The notes: generated by a model not told the origin, from the sequence alone. Shown: positions 12,191 to 25,999, counted from the first letter of the whole stretch. The stretch is 60,466 nt of DNA, filler included, from Jimgerdemannia flammicorona (GCA_003990765.1; 3 parts of 3 records of this genome joined end to end with filler, not necessarily neighbours in it), one strand, 5' to 3'. Translations and numbers: made by a program.

Positions 12191-13664
12191 CGACTGACAT
12201 GGTGTTTAATAACGTGTATGTGCCTGTTAATTTGGCGTCGTCCATCCCGCACACTTAACGGGAATCGCAGTTCAGACTACGACAGTGCAGAAATGCATGG
12301 AATTGTTGGGGCTTTGGAGATTGCGGTAGAATGAAAGTTGAATGAGGGAGAGATGTTGAGGACGTTCCCAATCATGGCATAATCGTCATTACCGCCTTTT
12401 GCGTTCTGTAAAATCATCGTTGGCCTATAAATAATAATCGTCGTTCGTTAAATAATCATTCTGCCAATACTTGTCATTCTGCTATACTTTGTTCAGTTAT
12501 TCTCGTCAATCTCGTAATAATTGTTTTTCGCCCAATAATTGTCATTCTACAAATAATGGGCATTTTACCATAATTGTTTTTCCGCTAATAATTTCCGTTT
12601 CACCAATAATCATCAATCTCCAATGGTCATTTATTTTTCTTCAGAATAGACTGATAGGCTGCAGTTCGACAATGGAATAATTATGGACGATGTATGATAG
12701 CAGATGAAATGCTAATCCCATCCATATAGAATATCGGTCTGATCTGCAATCCCATCCAGATGGGATATGTATCTGATCCGAAATCTAGATATAATTCGGT
12801 CCTTCGTCCCAGATATAGTTCACATGTCGATGTTCAGGATGTCACTTTCGGAGGACATGTGATACCTATGGCTGTGGGTAATGGTTTGGTGGAAAGGCGA
12901 TGAGGTCACGTTAATGAAGTATATATGTGTGTGGTGGAATGCTTGATTACAATGACAGGGAGAGACGGGGTTGTAATGGACTTAAGTTATTTAGTTTAGA
13001 AAACGATGGCTGCCTCTTGAGGCACAATTTGATCACTCCATTTGTGCTATGGAAATGTTTAATATTGGACATCTGAAGTAAATGATCTCTGTCGTAACAG
13101 AGAACCAACATGCCGCGTCCTTTTAGGGGGAATCAGGATTTATCAAACGGAGATTCATTAATTTGGATTCACGGAGCGCTTATTAGATGACAGATGTGAA
13201 GCAAGATAAAATTGTAATTCATGAGCTCCAACGGTCACTTAACTCCCGTGAAAATGATTTCCCCGACCATTGTCGGATTCCACACCGGGTTTATTTTTCA
13301 GTGCCCTCCCCTGGTGACTACGGCAGAAAAAGCAAAGAGGCTTGTCGACACCTCAGATTATGGATCGTTGAGATATTCCAAAGGCTCATTCCATTCCTAA
13401 CCCTCTCCCATTGGGGGCCTCTAAAAAAACGCAATAACCCACCTGCCTCTGTATCACTGCCCCACTTGGCAGAGATCAATGTGTTGAATGGTTCGGCAAG
13501 GAGGTACATGACGTGTGCTATAATTTGATGTCAACTGGCCAGTTCCGTCATAGTTTCATAATTATTCTCCCTTACCATTTCGCCCATTCACTCATATCTG
13601 AGTTGCATATTCTTAACGGGACCGGTATGTCCCGGTGGAGACTTCGGACGTCCTGATTATCCGA

Positions 13665-13760
13665 CTGCCGTTCCGCCGTTCTGCCAATGGTCTAGCCTCC
13701 GTTCTGCCAACGGTCAATAGCCGCCGTTGTCCCAATGATCAATAGCCGTCGTTCTGCAAA
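13665..13760 (+). repeat. Degenerate ~23-25-bp tandem repeat (GCCGTTCTGCCAAYGGTCAATA)
   Basis: About four imperfect units visible. Confidence 0.5.
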
Positions 13761-14562
13761 TATTCGAGTCTCATCCTTTCGGAGAATAACCAGTGCCTAT
13801 TCGAGTCTCATCTTATTCGGAGAACGAGCTTGCGACCTTCCCCAACCTACGACGACCCAAAGTGCCTCGCATAGTCCATTATGTCCACTTCGAAACCGCG
13901 TTCAAAGTTACTGGTACTTTTCGAAGGCCGTCCGAATTCACCCGAAACACTTACACCATAAGATGACGTGCAAGCAGAAGGACAGGAGTCTAGCGACTTG
14001 AACCACTATTTTGCGGCTCTCACGAACTTACAACTAACCCTACAGAACAATTCGAACAAGATCCGTCTCTAAAGAGGACCAAATCCTTTTCCGGAAATTA
14101 CAATCGGCAACCAATTAAGGCCATTAGCACCGCGGAGAGCAAGCTAAAGTATGATCGGTATTTCTTTTCGTTCATGATAAACCACTGATTATGGTAGCCA
14201 GTTGTACCTTGATTTTGATTATGATTTTTTTTTTTCCAAACTTACCGAATAATGTCCTGAACTGGTAGCTCAGACGCTGATCTGCATCGGGATTGTTAGA
14301 CAGGTTGATGTGGTCCGATAAGAAGGTGACTATAGGCAGTTCCGATGCCTGAAGAATATCCGTTTTCTATTCATGTGTATATACATTCTTAATAATAACC
14401 ACATTTTTATTCCACGCGTACTCCCAGATGACGGCATCGAGGTCATAGCTATCGGTGAGCACAGGAAGAATCGAATTCGTCAAGAAATCATGTGACGTCC
14501 ACTCTGATTACTTTTTAGGCCACCAAAACAACGATTTTGCCCTTTTGCCTTATCTTCTACGA

Positions 14563-17327
14563 ATGCCCAAAAAGAAAGCCCCCTACCGACATGCTGCTCC
14601 TGCTCCAAAGCCATACACTAGGAGTCAAGTGAAAGCCGTAGGAAAAATCGTGACCCCCGTAACGACAAGTAAACCTGCCTTCTTTTATCAACCGTTTTTC
14701 TGTGTGTTCGCACCGCCTTCATTGCTGGAACTGCGGTGTGTCTATTTTTCCATTACCAGTGAGCCCTCAAACATCTTCGGAATATTTCCAAGTAACACCT
14801 GCCAGCGAGTACAGCCAGATTGGGTTCTATGAGTTTCGCCAGCATCAGAAGGATTTCACCTTCTGTTTCCGCAAAGAAGCTACCAAATTTTTGCTGGAGC
14901 TGAGACGGTTCTCGGGAAGTGAATCTGACGGAGTGAGGAATTCATGCCAACTTCTATTAAAAAATTTCAAGGTAGGTTGTTCTTTGGCATTGTTTTTGTG
15001 AATACGTCTGATGGCCCTATACATATACATATATGCGATTGGGAGGGTCATCTGCGAACTGCATCTTAATTGAGTACAAACTTCTTCAAAAAAAATTTGC
15101 CGACCTTATGCTCTGCGGATCCATTTTACGTTATTTGCTGGTTAACCCCAGGCATTTTCCGCCTTATTCCGTTTCAAATATGTTTTACTTACCTTCTTAA
15201 TTTCCAACATCCACTCAAAAGAACCACCGGCAACGATTCCAAAGTGTTAACACATTTTGGGAAGGTATTGAAAAGACTACCCCGAAATCGGTTAATATTT
15301 GTTTCCATTTATTTACAAGATGTTTGGATTGTTTGTTTTGGAGGTGGCGATCAATTCATTAATATTTTGTTTTTCTTTTTTCAGCACTCAGTCAAAGGTG
15401 GCAACGACGACAATGATGACGCTGGCGCCAATGACGGTAACGATGACGACAACAGTAGCGGAAACGACAACGGCGCTGACAACGACGGCAGAGATGTTGA
15501 TGACAGCGGCGACGACCACGACGACGACGGCGCTGACGACGACGTCGGGGACAATGACGACAATGACAGCAGCGACAACAAAGACGACAGCGGCGACGAC
15601 AACGACGACGACGGCGCTGACGACGACGAAGGCGAGGACGTAGGAAAAGAATTGAGGGAGGATAAAAGTTATATAAACCCTGTGGCAAATAAGGTGAGCT
15701 TTCATTGTTTGGACTTTAATCATCATGCAGTTGAAATTGAAGAGTGCCGTTATTTGTCCCTTGCAGACCGCCCCTCCGATGTTGACAAGTTATCACAGAA
15801 AGGAGATAAAGATGGCATTCAACCGTATGCCGAAGGCACAAATGTGGAGACTAGAAAGCGGCACAATCGTTGAGGAGGAACTATATAAGATCGGAAAGGG
15901 TCTTAATTACGAACAGTAAGTAGCTAGAGACATTCCTTTGCTTGGAATTTCACAAGAATTTGTTGGTAATAGTTTTGGCTATATTATTTCCAGTGGGACA
16001 CATTCATTTATCTTGGACACAGAGGACGACAATGTGCGTAATCATTTCAATGACAAGGATTTCCAGGAGATAACTACAGCGCCACAACCGAGCGTTCCGC
16101 AACTCTCCGAAGACGTCGCGGAATATCTGAGCAGATTCAGCACGAAAATGAAGATCGCAGATGTTAGGGAGACTCTGCTTTCCCAAGACGAACGATTTGG
16201 GAGAGGATATACGAAAGATGCATACCACGATCTTGATTACATTCGATATGCATTGCATACAATGTAAGGCTTCAATTCCCTTAATCTTGTAATGAGTTCT
16301 TAATGGCAGTTATTGAAGTTTGATCTTTACAGGGTTCGGGAAATTGAAGGTGGCCATCTCCAAGATAACAACTTGGAGTCTTGGTACAATTGTCATATAT
16401 GGCATGCCATATTGGACCAAGGGTTTGGCAATCTCCCAAATATTTCCGTCGTTCGGTAAGTGCCATATATTTTATGTCTGAGCAATTTTATTATTTGCTG
16501 ATAAATGGTTCACTGCATATCTAATTGGATTTCATATCTCATCCATCAAGTGGGGAAAGCATGATCAGGTCAACAGCTCTCCGAAAGAATGGCCATCGCA
16601 AATCCAATGATCGTCGTAAAGTAGGACATCGAGGCGATTGGGTGTTAAGGAGCGTTGGGAACGGAGACCGCGACGAATTTGGTGTAGGCGAGGTAGCCAA
16701 ACAGTGGACGGACAATTTCAGCACGAAATTCATGAAGGAGGCTGGACTCAAGGTGCCGAAAGCGTTGAAAGACATGCTCACCAAGTTGATGAGAAAGGCG
16801 GATTGGAAACCAGAGCTTTGTTCAAGAATGCAAACGGTCGGAATTATACATTCGGGTGAGTATTTTATGACAAAATTAAACAGAAATGAAGTGGGGATGC
16901 TCACCTGCTATCTACTATTTATAGGCCTTATCATGATTCCCATTTTCATGGACTGTCCCGGTGGGTTTGTTTGCAGAATTCAACGAGGAGAGATAATGGA
17001 GGTTCCCGATTGCGAGGAAAGAATTACAGCACTTCTTCCAATCCTTGCAGATATATTGTATATTAAGGTAATGTAATTGTATGTAACTTTAAAGGTGGTG
17101 CCATTTCGTTCTTTTCATGGTATTCTTTATTTTCATGTTATTCTTTATATACCCTTTACACTTTATAGAGAGCCGTACAGGAAACAGCGAAAGCCTTGAG
17201 CACAAGAGTCCCGACGATTGCAAAGTCCATTCAAGAAATGATTGTCAAAAGGAGAAAAGAAGAAAAGGCAATGCCCGATTGTATGACGACGCCAACGAAG
17301 CCGAAGCAAAAACGTCCTCGCCAGTGA
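14563..17327 (+). CDS. Multi-exon gene: Asp-rich linker + C-terminal PD-(D/E)XK restriction-endonuclease-fold domain (Crinkler-related family of early-diverging fungi)
   Basis: GT-AG introns link exons at about 14760-14971, 15385-15693, 15767-15915, 15993-16263, 16333-16455, 16551-16855, 16925-17067, 17169-17327. Motifs W.L.SG..VE..L, HSFILD, E.WY...IW, RGE, G.RGD.VLR...EFG.GE.AK. The N-terminal exons are less certain. Confidence 0.75.
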
Positions 17328-18019
17328 TATAAATATCGATCTTTCTGTAACGAGCAATGTCTGACCTTGAAACTCACTCCGAAGAGACCATTTTTCATTG
17401 TTTCTTTGCAATCAATTTGTCGTTAATGCTAGTCGTTTGGTCACAATTATCTTTGACATTTCAAGCTTCAATCCTTATCGCACCTTTTTGCATATTAACT
17501 CGCTACAAATAAACGGGCCAGGTTTAGCATATATTTCTTACGTTCATCGCATGTTGGTTCGTTTGATAAAGCATCCGATTAATAGAAATTCTATTTAGCG
17601 AACCTGGTCCATGTGATTGGCGATCCTTTGTGGCGTCAAAGGGACGACCTTCACACGCATACACGCATTCGTCCACATACGCATTCACCCATACGAATTA
17701 ACCCTCACTCCTACACCCAATAGAATTTTTGCGCAGAACTTCCAACCCACTATTCCAATCTCCTAGCGAGGAAGCCGTTAGCATATGCTTAGTCTTGGCA
17801 ATGCAAAATTCGTGACCGTAAGTGAACAATGAAATCACTCCTTACCACTCCAACCTAATTTCATTCCCCTTTTCTCATTAATTAGTATAGGCTAGCAAGC
17901 ACAACATACGGAATCAAATTCCATCGATCGCGTAAAGTACTTGGAATCCGAGATTACACAAATGAAAAGTATTACTAAAACTGATCGAACAACCGCCGCT
18001 GATCAACTTCCTTCTCACT

Positions 18020-19590
18020 TAGACCGTTGTATCAATCCTGGTTCCCACTCACGCCCTTTCCAAAAGTATACACCCTTGTCCATCCTCGAAGCCTCTCTCT
18101 GTCTCACTAGCAGCCTCGCAAACCCCAAAAGAGTTCTACAAGAGGGACCCGCTCAACAACCTGCTAACGTCAGATGGTCGAAGTCGCTCTAGTTTTATTT
18201 TCCTTCATTGAAGAGGAAACATTTCGCCCTTCATGGTGGGGAATATCCGGTGCCACTGGAGCTGAGGCACTGATCGTCACCAGTGTTGCAAAAAGTGGGT
18301 GTCTTGGTAGGCTTGGAATCTTGGTGGAGGCGGGGTGGTGGAGGTGCTGGAGGGGGGACGATGGGGGAGGAGATGGAGATGGTAATAGGGGGCACGGGTC
18401 CAGACGGAGGATGGGTCGGGGTCGGAGATAGCCTCCATCATCTCGTCCCAGATACCCAGTCAACGTGTGTCAAGCGAATGGCCGACCCCGACCACCGAAT
18501 GTCTTTGTGCAGAATATTAGATCTATCCAGTAGAATGATGCTCAAACATCTTAGCGTTCCGATGAACATGGTGGGCCTAACAGCCTGGATTGTCGATATC
18601 GCAGAAATCTAGCTGTCGCGTGGAAGAGAAATCGGCTGGCGAGTGGGCGGGAGTGGAAGGTGGTGCCTGTGTCCATGATGAATGGGAGGTAGTTGTAGTC
18701 GATGACATGGCTTGGGATGGATTTATGGGGATGAAGATAAATGAGGGCAATTGCGTTTATTTATTATTTATTATGTGTAGATATATATATCAATCTGTTC
18801 TAATAGGTTGCCCATTCTACCTTGTTTCTGCCAATACTATTAGTAACAGAGGAATATACATATAAAAAACCACAACCTGCTAACGTTCACGATTGTTGGG
18901 CAGCCGCTCTTGCGCGAGGTAGTTGACCGCTCGTACGGCCCCATCGTCCATCCCCAGAAGCCACTCAACATGCAGACGTAAATGCCAGCATTAGGGTCAA
19001 TGTTAGGGTCGGGATAGTGGGAAGGTGCGAGGTGTGGGAAAGGGCGGGGCGGGATGTTATTGGTGGCCTATTTCTGTAAGGGAGCGCTCACCTGACAAAA
19101 TCCTTTTCGACATCGTAGGTCTTGTCGGCAAGGAGAAATTCAAGAAGCTAGTATGGAATGATGTCCGTGGGTTCCTTCACATCGTAAGTGGTCCTTAGAG
19201 ACAGTCTTTTTGTAATGGACGTATGAACGCCTCGAACCTTCGAGTATTCAGCTCGGTCCGCACAAGCTCAAGCCTACTCACCACACCTCCTCCCAGGGCA
19301 GTACCTTCATCGGCACTGTGCATGGCGAATTTAAAGCAACTCCGACCATCTCCAATCCGCGGAGAACCAAATTGAGAATAGAATTGCTGCCCTGATCGTG
19401 TGGGCCGGAGGTGGCTCCCGAACAGGGTCTTACCTGTTCCGATCAGAGTCGTCGAGCCTTCTCGCTGAGCTTGTTCCCTGGGTTGGTCCTCGACGCTGAA
19501 TGTCGTCAGGTTGTTCGGATACCTTATGTCAAGCGCAGATTTTACTGTTGTCGCTGTGACGCGCTTGCATTGCATTTGTGAGAGCATCAA
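18020..19590 (-). pseudogene. Possible degenerate gene remnant(s); GTGKT P-loop-like motif in 19195-19590
   Basis: Coding-like composition, splice-like sites and in-frame stops; family not recognised. Confidence 0.25.
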
Positions 19591-20090
19591 TTCAAATCAG
19601 TGGGCGTTTGAAGTCTTTTGGAGGCACGGCATCGATGGCAGGGATTAGGTAAGCATCGAGGTTGGGCGTGGTGGATAATTACGGGGTATTTATAAGTTTG
19701 ATTATGGATCCCTCGCGTGTTCCTCCTCACTTCGCTTCCGACCTCCCCTTCACCGAAGCTGCGACGCCGACCTTGTATTCATTCCCGAGCGCCCGCCCAC
19801 AGAAAAGGACTGACATACCTCCATGTCCGACTTCTTCAAAGAGTACATATTTCTCTTGCCATTCCTCTATCTTTCCCTACACCTAACCTCCCCTCACAAA
19901 AAAAAAAATAATAATTATCAACGAACACCGGTATGTTGGCCTGCGCAAGACGATTTTGATCGTGGCAGAGGACGTGACCGACCAGGAGAGAGAGACAGTG
20001 GTATAGTTAGGAATAACTCCATTGTTGAAAGAGAGTTAAATTGACATATCAGATAGATGGAGAGCAGGAGTGTGGCTGGATGGTATTTGG

Positions 20091-20190
20091 NNNNNNNNNN
20101 NNNNNNNNNNNNNNNNNNNNNNNNNNNNNNNNNNTTAATTAATTAANNNNNNNNNNNNNNNNNNNNNNNNNNNNNNNNNNNNNNNNNNNN
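20091..20190. other. Artificial contig linker
   Basis: N44-TTAATTAATTAA-N44 (stops in all six frames). Confidence 0.98.
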
Positions 20191-21270
20191 AAAAAAAAAA
20201 AAAAAAAGAGCATTTATTTTAACCCAACTCGCCTTCGCTCATCTTATACAAAAACAATTGCTTACCAAAGTTGTACGTTCCTAGAGAGATCAACTGAACC
20301 AAAACAGTTTCCCCTTTTTGGGCAACGGAACTTACCTAAGTGTAAGGGCAAGGCACGCCAAGCTCTCCTCCGAATTATTATGTAAGGCTTTTCGGCCTTG
20401 GGCCGTGTTGTATTATCAAGCACGCACCCTTCAAGTTTTCGTCCCAACAGCCAGAAATGCACCTGCTGCGACGAATTCGTATTCAAAATGGATGATTGCT
20501 CCATGCTTAGGGACTGCTTTTTACGTCTCTCTGCATCCTCCGCGGCTGCCCCCTTTTTAATATGCAGAAGAGAGACGTATGGAGCCCGAAATAGCAAGAA
20601 TACATCCGATTTTTCTCTAACCTAAAACTTAACGTGGCACATTATTGTCGTGTTACGTTGGAAAAAACGGGTCAACATCATGGATTGCGGTTTCCCAAGT
20701 TGTCTGAACTTTTGCTTCGCGCTGGTTTCTGATAAATATGACTTTCTAAAAGATAATTTCGGTTAGTCTCTTTTTTTTTTTTTTTTTTTTTTTTTCCTTT
20801 TCGTTTGGCTCTCATTATTCATCGAGCGTAACTGTATTTGAATGACCCATACTTCGGTTGAACGAAAAGTACATACAAGTCAAGTTTGCATGTTAAAGAA
20901 CACTATTTTTGCAAAGAACTTAAATTATAGGGGTGTAGGGATTTGAACCATGGCGACTCCTGACAATGGTGTAAGGTGCACGTTCCAACAAACGCCCATT
21001 CACCAAATATCATATCCGATAATGCATGATGTTTGTTGCAAACTCGGCCCCCTTGTTCCGACTGAGTCAGTACGACGTCACACCAAAGCAGCGAAGAAGT
21101 AGACGTGCTTCGAAAGTGGCTGATTATTCGAATTCAATCGTCACACCACTGACCTCAATTTCTTGGGACTACTAGTGAGGAAAAAACACATCAAGTCCCT
21201 CCCGCCGACGCATTGTGAGTATGGACTACAATATCATTGGTCCATTATATTAAATAAGAATCATTGAAAG

Positions 21271-23814
21271 TTAATAAATCACAAAAGAGGCAGCGATTTC
21301 GTTCCTTAGAATAAGAGGCAAAGTCCCTCCCATTCCCCCCTCTTCCATCACTACCGCCGCATCAACGAAAAATGCAATCCCCTCGCACTCAATCGCGTGC
21401 CGGTTGCCGTCGAGGTTGTGCACGGTGAATTTGGCCTTGTTAATGAAAGGAGGAGAAGGAAAATAAGATGGAAGGGCGGAAAGGTGAGACGGAGGGGTGA
21501 TGATTAAATGAGAAAACAGAAAAAGCGAAGTCTGCACCTCTGTCAATTGTTCCGCAACGTGAATGGCCGTGCGAGTATGCAAAGTCACTGGACCTGTGGC
21601 GAAGTGAACTCAGCTTGTAGTAACGTACCTGTTACGACCCTTGACTTGCCTTTCGCAAGCGCCATGAAAATGATTAGCTGATCCTGCAGGTGCCTAATGA
21701 TGAAAGGGTTGGAGCAATTTCGGACAGAAACGGTGAATATTAGTTTAAGTTGTCCTTGAAATAGCACGAACAGAATCATGCCACACAACCACTATGGCAA
21801 TAAACAAGGAATTTTTCAGTTTAGCAATGAAAAATAACCCACAGGCATCAAATGCCCGACATTTACCCGTCAACGCATCCACCGTGCATAAGGTTGGCCT
21901 GGAGCTCCTCTGTCGCCTCCATCGCCGTTGCGGAAGGAGATTTGCCTACAGAATGGCCGAAGTGCGGTTGGAGGGAGGTAAGTGAGAGAGAAAGAAGTTT
22001 AATCGTACGATTTAACTCTCAAGACAAAAGTAGAAACACATAACGGCCGGGAAGACACCCACCCTTATCCCCCAGCGCACTCCCAGCAATGATACACCCC
22101 GTGCTCGTCTCCGCCCGGAGGCTAGATGGTTGCGATGACAATGAGAGAAGGGAGGGGACATCGTAAGTGCAGTGTGATTGAACAGGCGAATTTTTGGACG
22201 TTGCATTCGGGCCGGCCCGCTCTCGGATTACAGCGCATTAGGATCCCGAAATTCTCCACTGCCCAACAACTCACATAATCCCGCTCCAGCTCCCGAGCTT
22301 GGCCTTGTCCTTCTCAACCTGGATGTCCTGCTCGAGCGTCTCGATGTGCCCGTACCCAGCGGCGCGGAGAAGGATAAGCGCCATCTGTCGCATGTCTTGC
22401 GCCATCTGGGGAAAGGGGAAGAGGGGAGAGGAGGATTAGTATGAAGGAAAGAGAGGCGAGACCGACGCAACAAGTATGAAGTGGGGCGTTGATGTTCACT
22501 CACGGAGAGGGGCATCCCACCCGAGACGAAGATGTACCTGAAAGCGGAAGGGTGATGATTAAAGATACAAAAGTCAGATTACCACTCAACATCTTCACGC
22601 CATCAACAGCTACTCGCAAACCCCATGTCATCAAAGTGAAACGGACCGGCGCCCTAATAATGTATACACACCCGTGGATTCTCACTACGTCGCCACGCTC
22701 CTCCACCACCGCTGGAGTCAGCGTCGTGCCGATGGGCATGGGGTCGACGCGCAGAGTCACCTGGCCGCCACCGCGGGGGGAACACGCTGTAATTTAGAGG
22801 GTGGGGTGGATAGAAAGGAGGATCGGGATTGAGGTTAAAATAATGCGAACACAAGAGAAAAAATCAAATTTTACAATACATCAGTCTACTCACCCTCTTC
22901 GCATCTCGATCTTCACACCCTTGACTCCAAACAGCCTCCTCACCATGGGCTCAAAACCGTGCAGAGTGTATTCGATCTGCGGGGAGGAGATCGTGTTGGT
23001 CCCCCCCGGAGATTGACGAGATTGACAATCGTAGCATCAACGGGTAACGTGGCGGGCGGGGAGGAGAAAAGAAGGACGGGCAGGCTAACCTGAATGAGGA
23101 GGGTAATGCTTCTGCTAAGAGTATTGAGAAGAATTTGAGAAATAAATGGGGGGAAAGGAGGAATTGAAATACGTACCCTGCGTTGCCGGGACGGCGGCAA
23201 AGGTGGAGCCGGAAGGAGTACGGTGGGCAGGGAGGAAGGTGATTTCCGTGGAGTTGATCTAGGATTTGGAAAGTGAGGGGTGAGGTGATGAGATGAATGC
23301 CGTGCTAGAGGTATGTACATGGGTTTATGGATTTAATGCAAGTCAGAACAAATTGGTAATGAATTGCTCGCCTCGCCGCCGAGGAGCCTGCCATTGCAGA
23401 TGTCCTTCACAAGGCGGAGTCCAGCAAGATGCTGGGCGCGGAGACCTGGAAGTAGTTATAATTAGCTTTGTTCAGCTGGTCGTCTGAAAGCAGTATTTGG
23501 AACAAACCGGGACGTTCCCTGTTCGCACGAATGTTTGAGATTTTAATGGGCTGGTGGAGCAGGGCGCTGTCATGGTGATGGTGGGAAAGATTCGGCGGTA
23601 TTGAGAAAAATGTAGGCGAAATTCACTGTTAGATGCCCTGTAGACTGCTATTTCTCGGGACTATATATATAGAAGCAATGCCGAGTGTCAGAAAATCGGC
23701 GGGTCAAGGGTAATCTTTGCTGATCGACTGTGGTAGTTCACGATAGGTACTCTGACCACCACCCTCGAGCATTCCACAGTCCAGAGAAGTCATTTTACCG
23801 TCCAGAGAAGTCAT
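21271..23814 (-). pseudogene. rtcA: RNA 3'-terminal phosphate cyclase (RtcA/RTCA-like), multi-exon, with apparent frameshifts
   Basis: MLEGGGQ, NIRANR.RPGLRAQHL, GSITLLIQ, LRGGT, AETSTGC, LQDQLIIFMALAKG.S, TLHTRTAIHVAE motifs. One-base frame breaks near 23660, 23190 and 23005. Confidence 0.8.
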
Positions 23815-23953
23815 TTTCCCGTCAGAGAGGTAACAAATACGCAGAGAGGCGCAGCAGTGTGTCGTCCGGTCACGTGAATAGTGATCAGGTGACGTCTCCA
23901 GCCACCAATCTTCAGACTTCGAAACTACGACCCTTGGACCTTCTTCGTAAGCC
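23815..23953. promoter_or_regulatory. Short putative bidirectional promoter between the RtcA-like and TrhO-like genes
   Basis: Divergent start codons ~140 bp apart; CACGTG at 23871-23876 and GTGACGT near 23890. Confidence 0.4.
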
Positions 23954-25505
23954 ATGTCCATCCCTCGAATCGTATCAACGCTTGTCGCGTCCACCCGATG
24001 CGCATTTAGACCCGTACACCCACTCCCTCACCACACACCCAATGGCTCCTGTCTACTTTACGTGCGACTATGCGTGCCACCTCTCCACGCTCTTCTCTCC
24101 CCTCGCCGCACCTACACCTCCACCATCGCACCCTCACCCCAATCGAAGCCCAAAAATAAAGCTAAATATTTGCCGCCCGCCCTCCCGCCACCAGACCCGT
24201 CCAGCTATCGCACCCTTGCCTTCTACAAGTTCCACCCGCTCGACCCGTCGACCCTGCCCGCCCTCCGCACGACCCTGCTCGCCGACCTGGGAACTCACCA
24301 CATCGTCGGTCGTGTCTACATATCTACCGAGGGCATCAACGCTCAGCTCGCTGTCCCCGAACATAACATCCTGGATCTCCGTCGCTACGTAGAGACCGTT
24401 CTTGTTGACCACACTGGCCCTGTCATGGACTTCAACTTCGGCACTGAGCATCGCAAGGCCTTTCGCGCGCTGCATGTCCGGATTCGAAAGCAGGTAGAGC
24501 AACGCAAGTATTTTACCTTTAGTTTCTCTCTTATTTCATGCCATCATCGCCACTCACGCATTTTTCGCACAGCTCGTCGTCGACGGCCTCGATCCCAAAA
24601 CCTATAACCTTGGGCTCCAACCGAACCACCTTCCCCCCCCGGAATGGCATGTGCGGCTGGCAAACTACGAGAAGACGCATGGCCGCAAGCCCGTGCTGAT
24701 TGATATGCGCAACCACTACGAGTCCGAGATCGGCCACTTCGAGGGCGCGATCCGTCCGGACGTCGAAACCTTCCGCGGGTCCGTCAAGGCCATGCGCGAG
24801 ATTTGCAAAGACTTGCCCAAGGACGAGGAGGTGTTCATGTACTGCACCGGTAATTTATTCTACCCATTTCCAGTCCTACGTACCTAATCTCGACCCGAGA
24901 CCACCGTCTAACAACCCCGTCCCCAAATCGCAGGCGGCATCCGCTGCAGCAAAGCTGGTGCGATTCTTCGCTCAACAACAGCCCTCCAGCACGTACATCT
25001 AGTTGCTGGTGGGATCACGGCGTACGGACGTTGGATTCGTTCGCATCCCGACCCGCCCAGCTCGCTATACCATGGCAAGAACTTCACGTTCGACTCGCGA
25101 CTGGGTGAACCGATCACGAACGAGGTGCTCTCTCGCTGCCACGTTTGCAGTGAACCTGCGAACACCTATACCAACTGCGCCAACGCCGGGTGTAACCTAC
25201 TGATGATTGCGTGCGCCGCGTGCAGGGAGCGACATGCTGGGACGTGCGGCAGGAAGGTGTGCGTCGACGTCGTAAAGGGGTGGGAGGAAGGAGAGGGAGG
25301 AAGGGTGGTCGAAGTGAGGGAGTTGGAGGAGGGGAGGCCCGTGATTGGGACGGGATTGAAAAGTGGCGTGCATAGGTTGAGGGTTAGGCCGAGAGATGTG
25401 CTGGGAGGGGTGGAAGGGGTTGGGAAGAGAGGTACGGAGGGGATGATGAGCACAGTAGTGATTGGGTTGGAAGAGGTCGACGGAGAGGGGGGGATGTGTA
25501 GTTAA
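23954..25505 (+). CDS. TrhO/TSTD2 (UPF0176) rhodanese-domain protein, tRNA U34 hydroxylase-like; possible mitochondrial presequence. Exons 23954-24493, 24573-24849, 24934-25505
   Basis: FYKF, GRVYISTEGINAQ, DMRNHYESEIGHFEGA, YCTGGIRC, GGI..Y, GKNF.FD.R, C..C...NCAN..C...C..C motifs; spliced frame is intact. Confidence 0.9.
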
Positions 25506-25624
25506 CTTGGCAATTGAACGAAAATATGTGGCTATTTAATCATGATACGGCCATTCGGTCTCATGCGCCCACCGTTCTGATTCGAACTGTATTCTTGATT
25601 GGCAAAGTGAGTGTTGACCACCTA

Positions 25625-25999
25625 TCACGACGGGGGCCTGATTGACCACGGACAGGGTGGACTCCCATCCTCAAAACCTGCGGCTCCGACGTCGCAGTCA
25701 CCTTCGACCTGGCCTTTACCGCAACCACCCCGGCCTCTGAGGCCGCCGTTCATCGAGAGAAACGTCGCTGAGGTCTGCCGGAGGAGGGAAATCGTGCCAG
25801 GATCGTCGACAGGGTGTGGATACAGTGTAGGATTTCGAAAGGAGGAGCGGGTCGACGGGTGGGTTGGACGTTCATGTCGAAGGCGGAAAGGGCGAGTGTT
25901 AGGGAGGTTGTGCGCATAGAGAAGGAGGTTGCGACACAGGCGGGCGTAGTGAGCGAGATGGCGACGGCGGTTGGGCTGGAACGGTGTGGATGATGACAT
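25625..25999 (-). CDS. Small hypothetical protein (weak LYR-motif-like N-terminus)
   Basis: 124-aa ORF with genic composition; family not certain. Confidence 0.35.
   Translation of the reverse strand: MSSSTPFQPNRRRHLAHYARLCRNLLLYAHNLPNTRPFRLRHERPTHPSTRSSFRNPTLYPHPVDDPGTISLLRQTSATFLSMNGGLRGRGGCGKGQVEGDCDVGAAGFEDGSPPCPWSIRPPS

Noticed and set aside
20262..20597. First exon of a gene at the contig edge
   Set aside because: No recognisable motif and no way to confirm continuation.
20930..20990. tRNA gene on the minus strand (GGTTCAAATCCC B-box-like)
   Set aside because: Could not fold a cloverleaf or find an A-box/anticodon arm; at most a tRNA/SINE relic.
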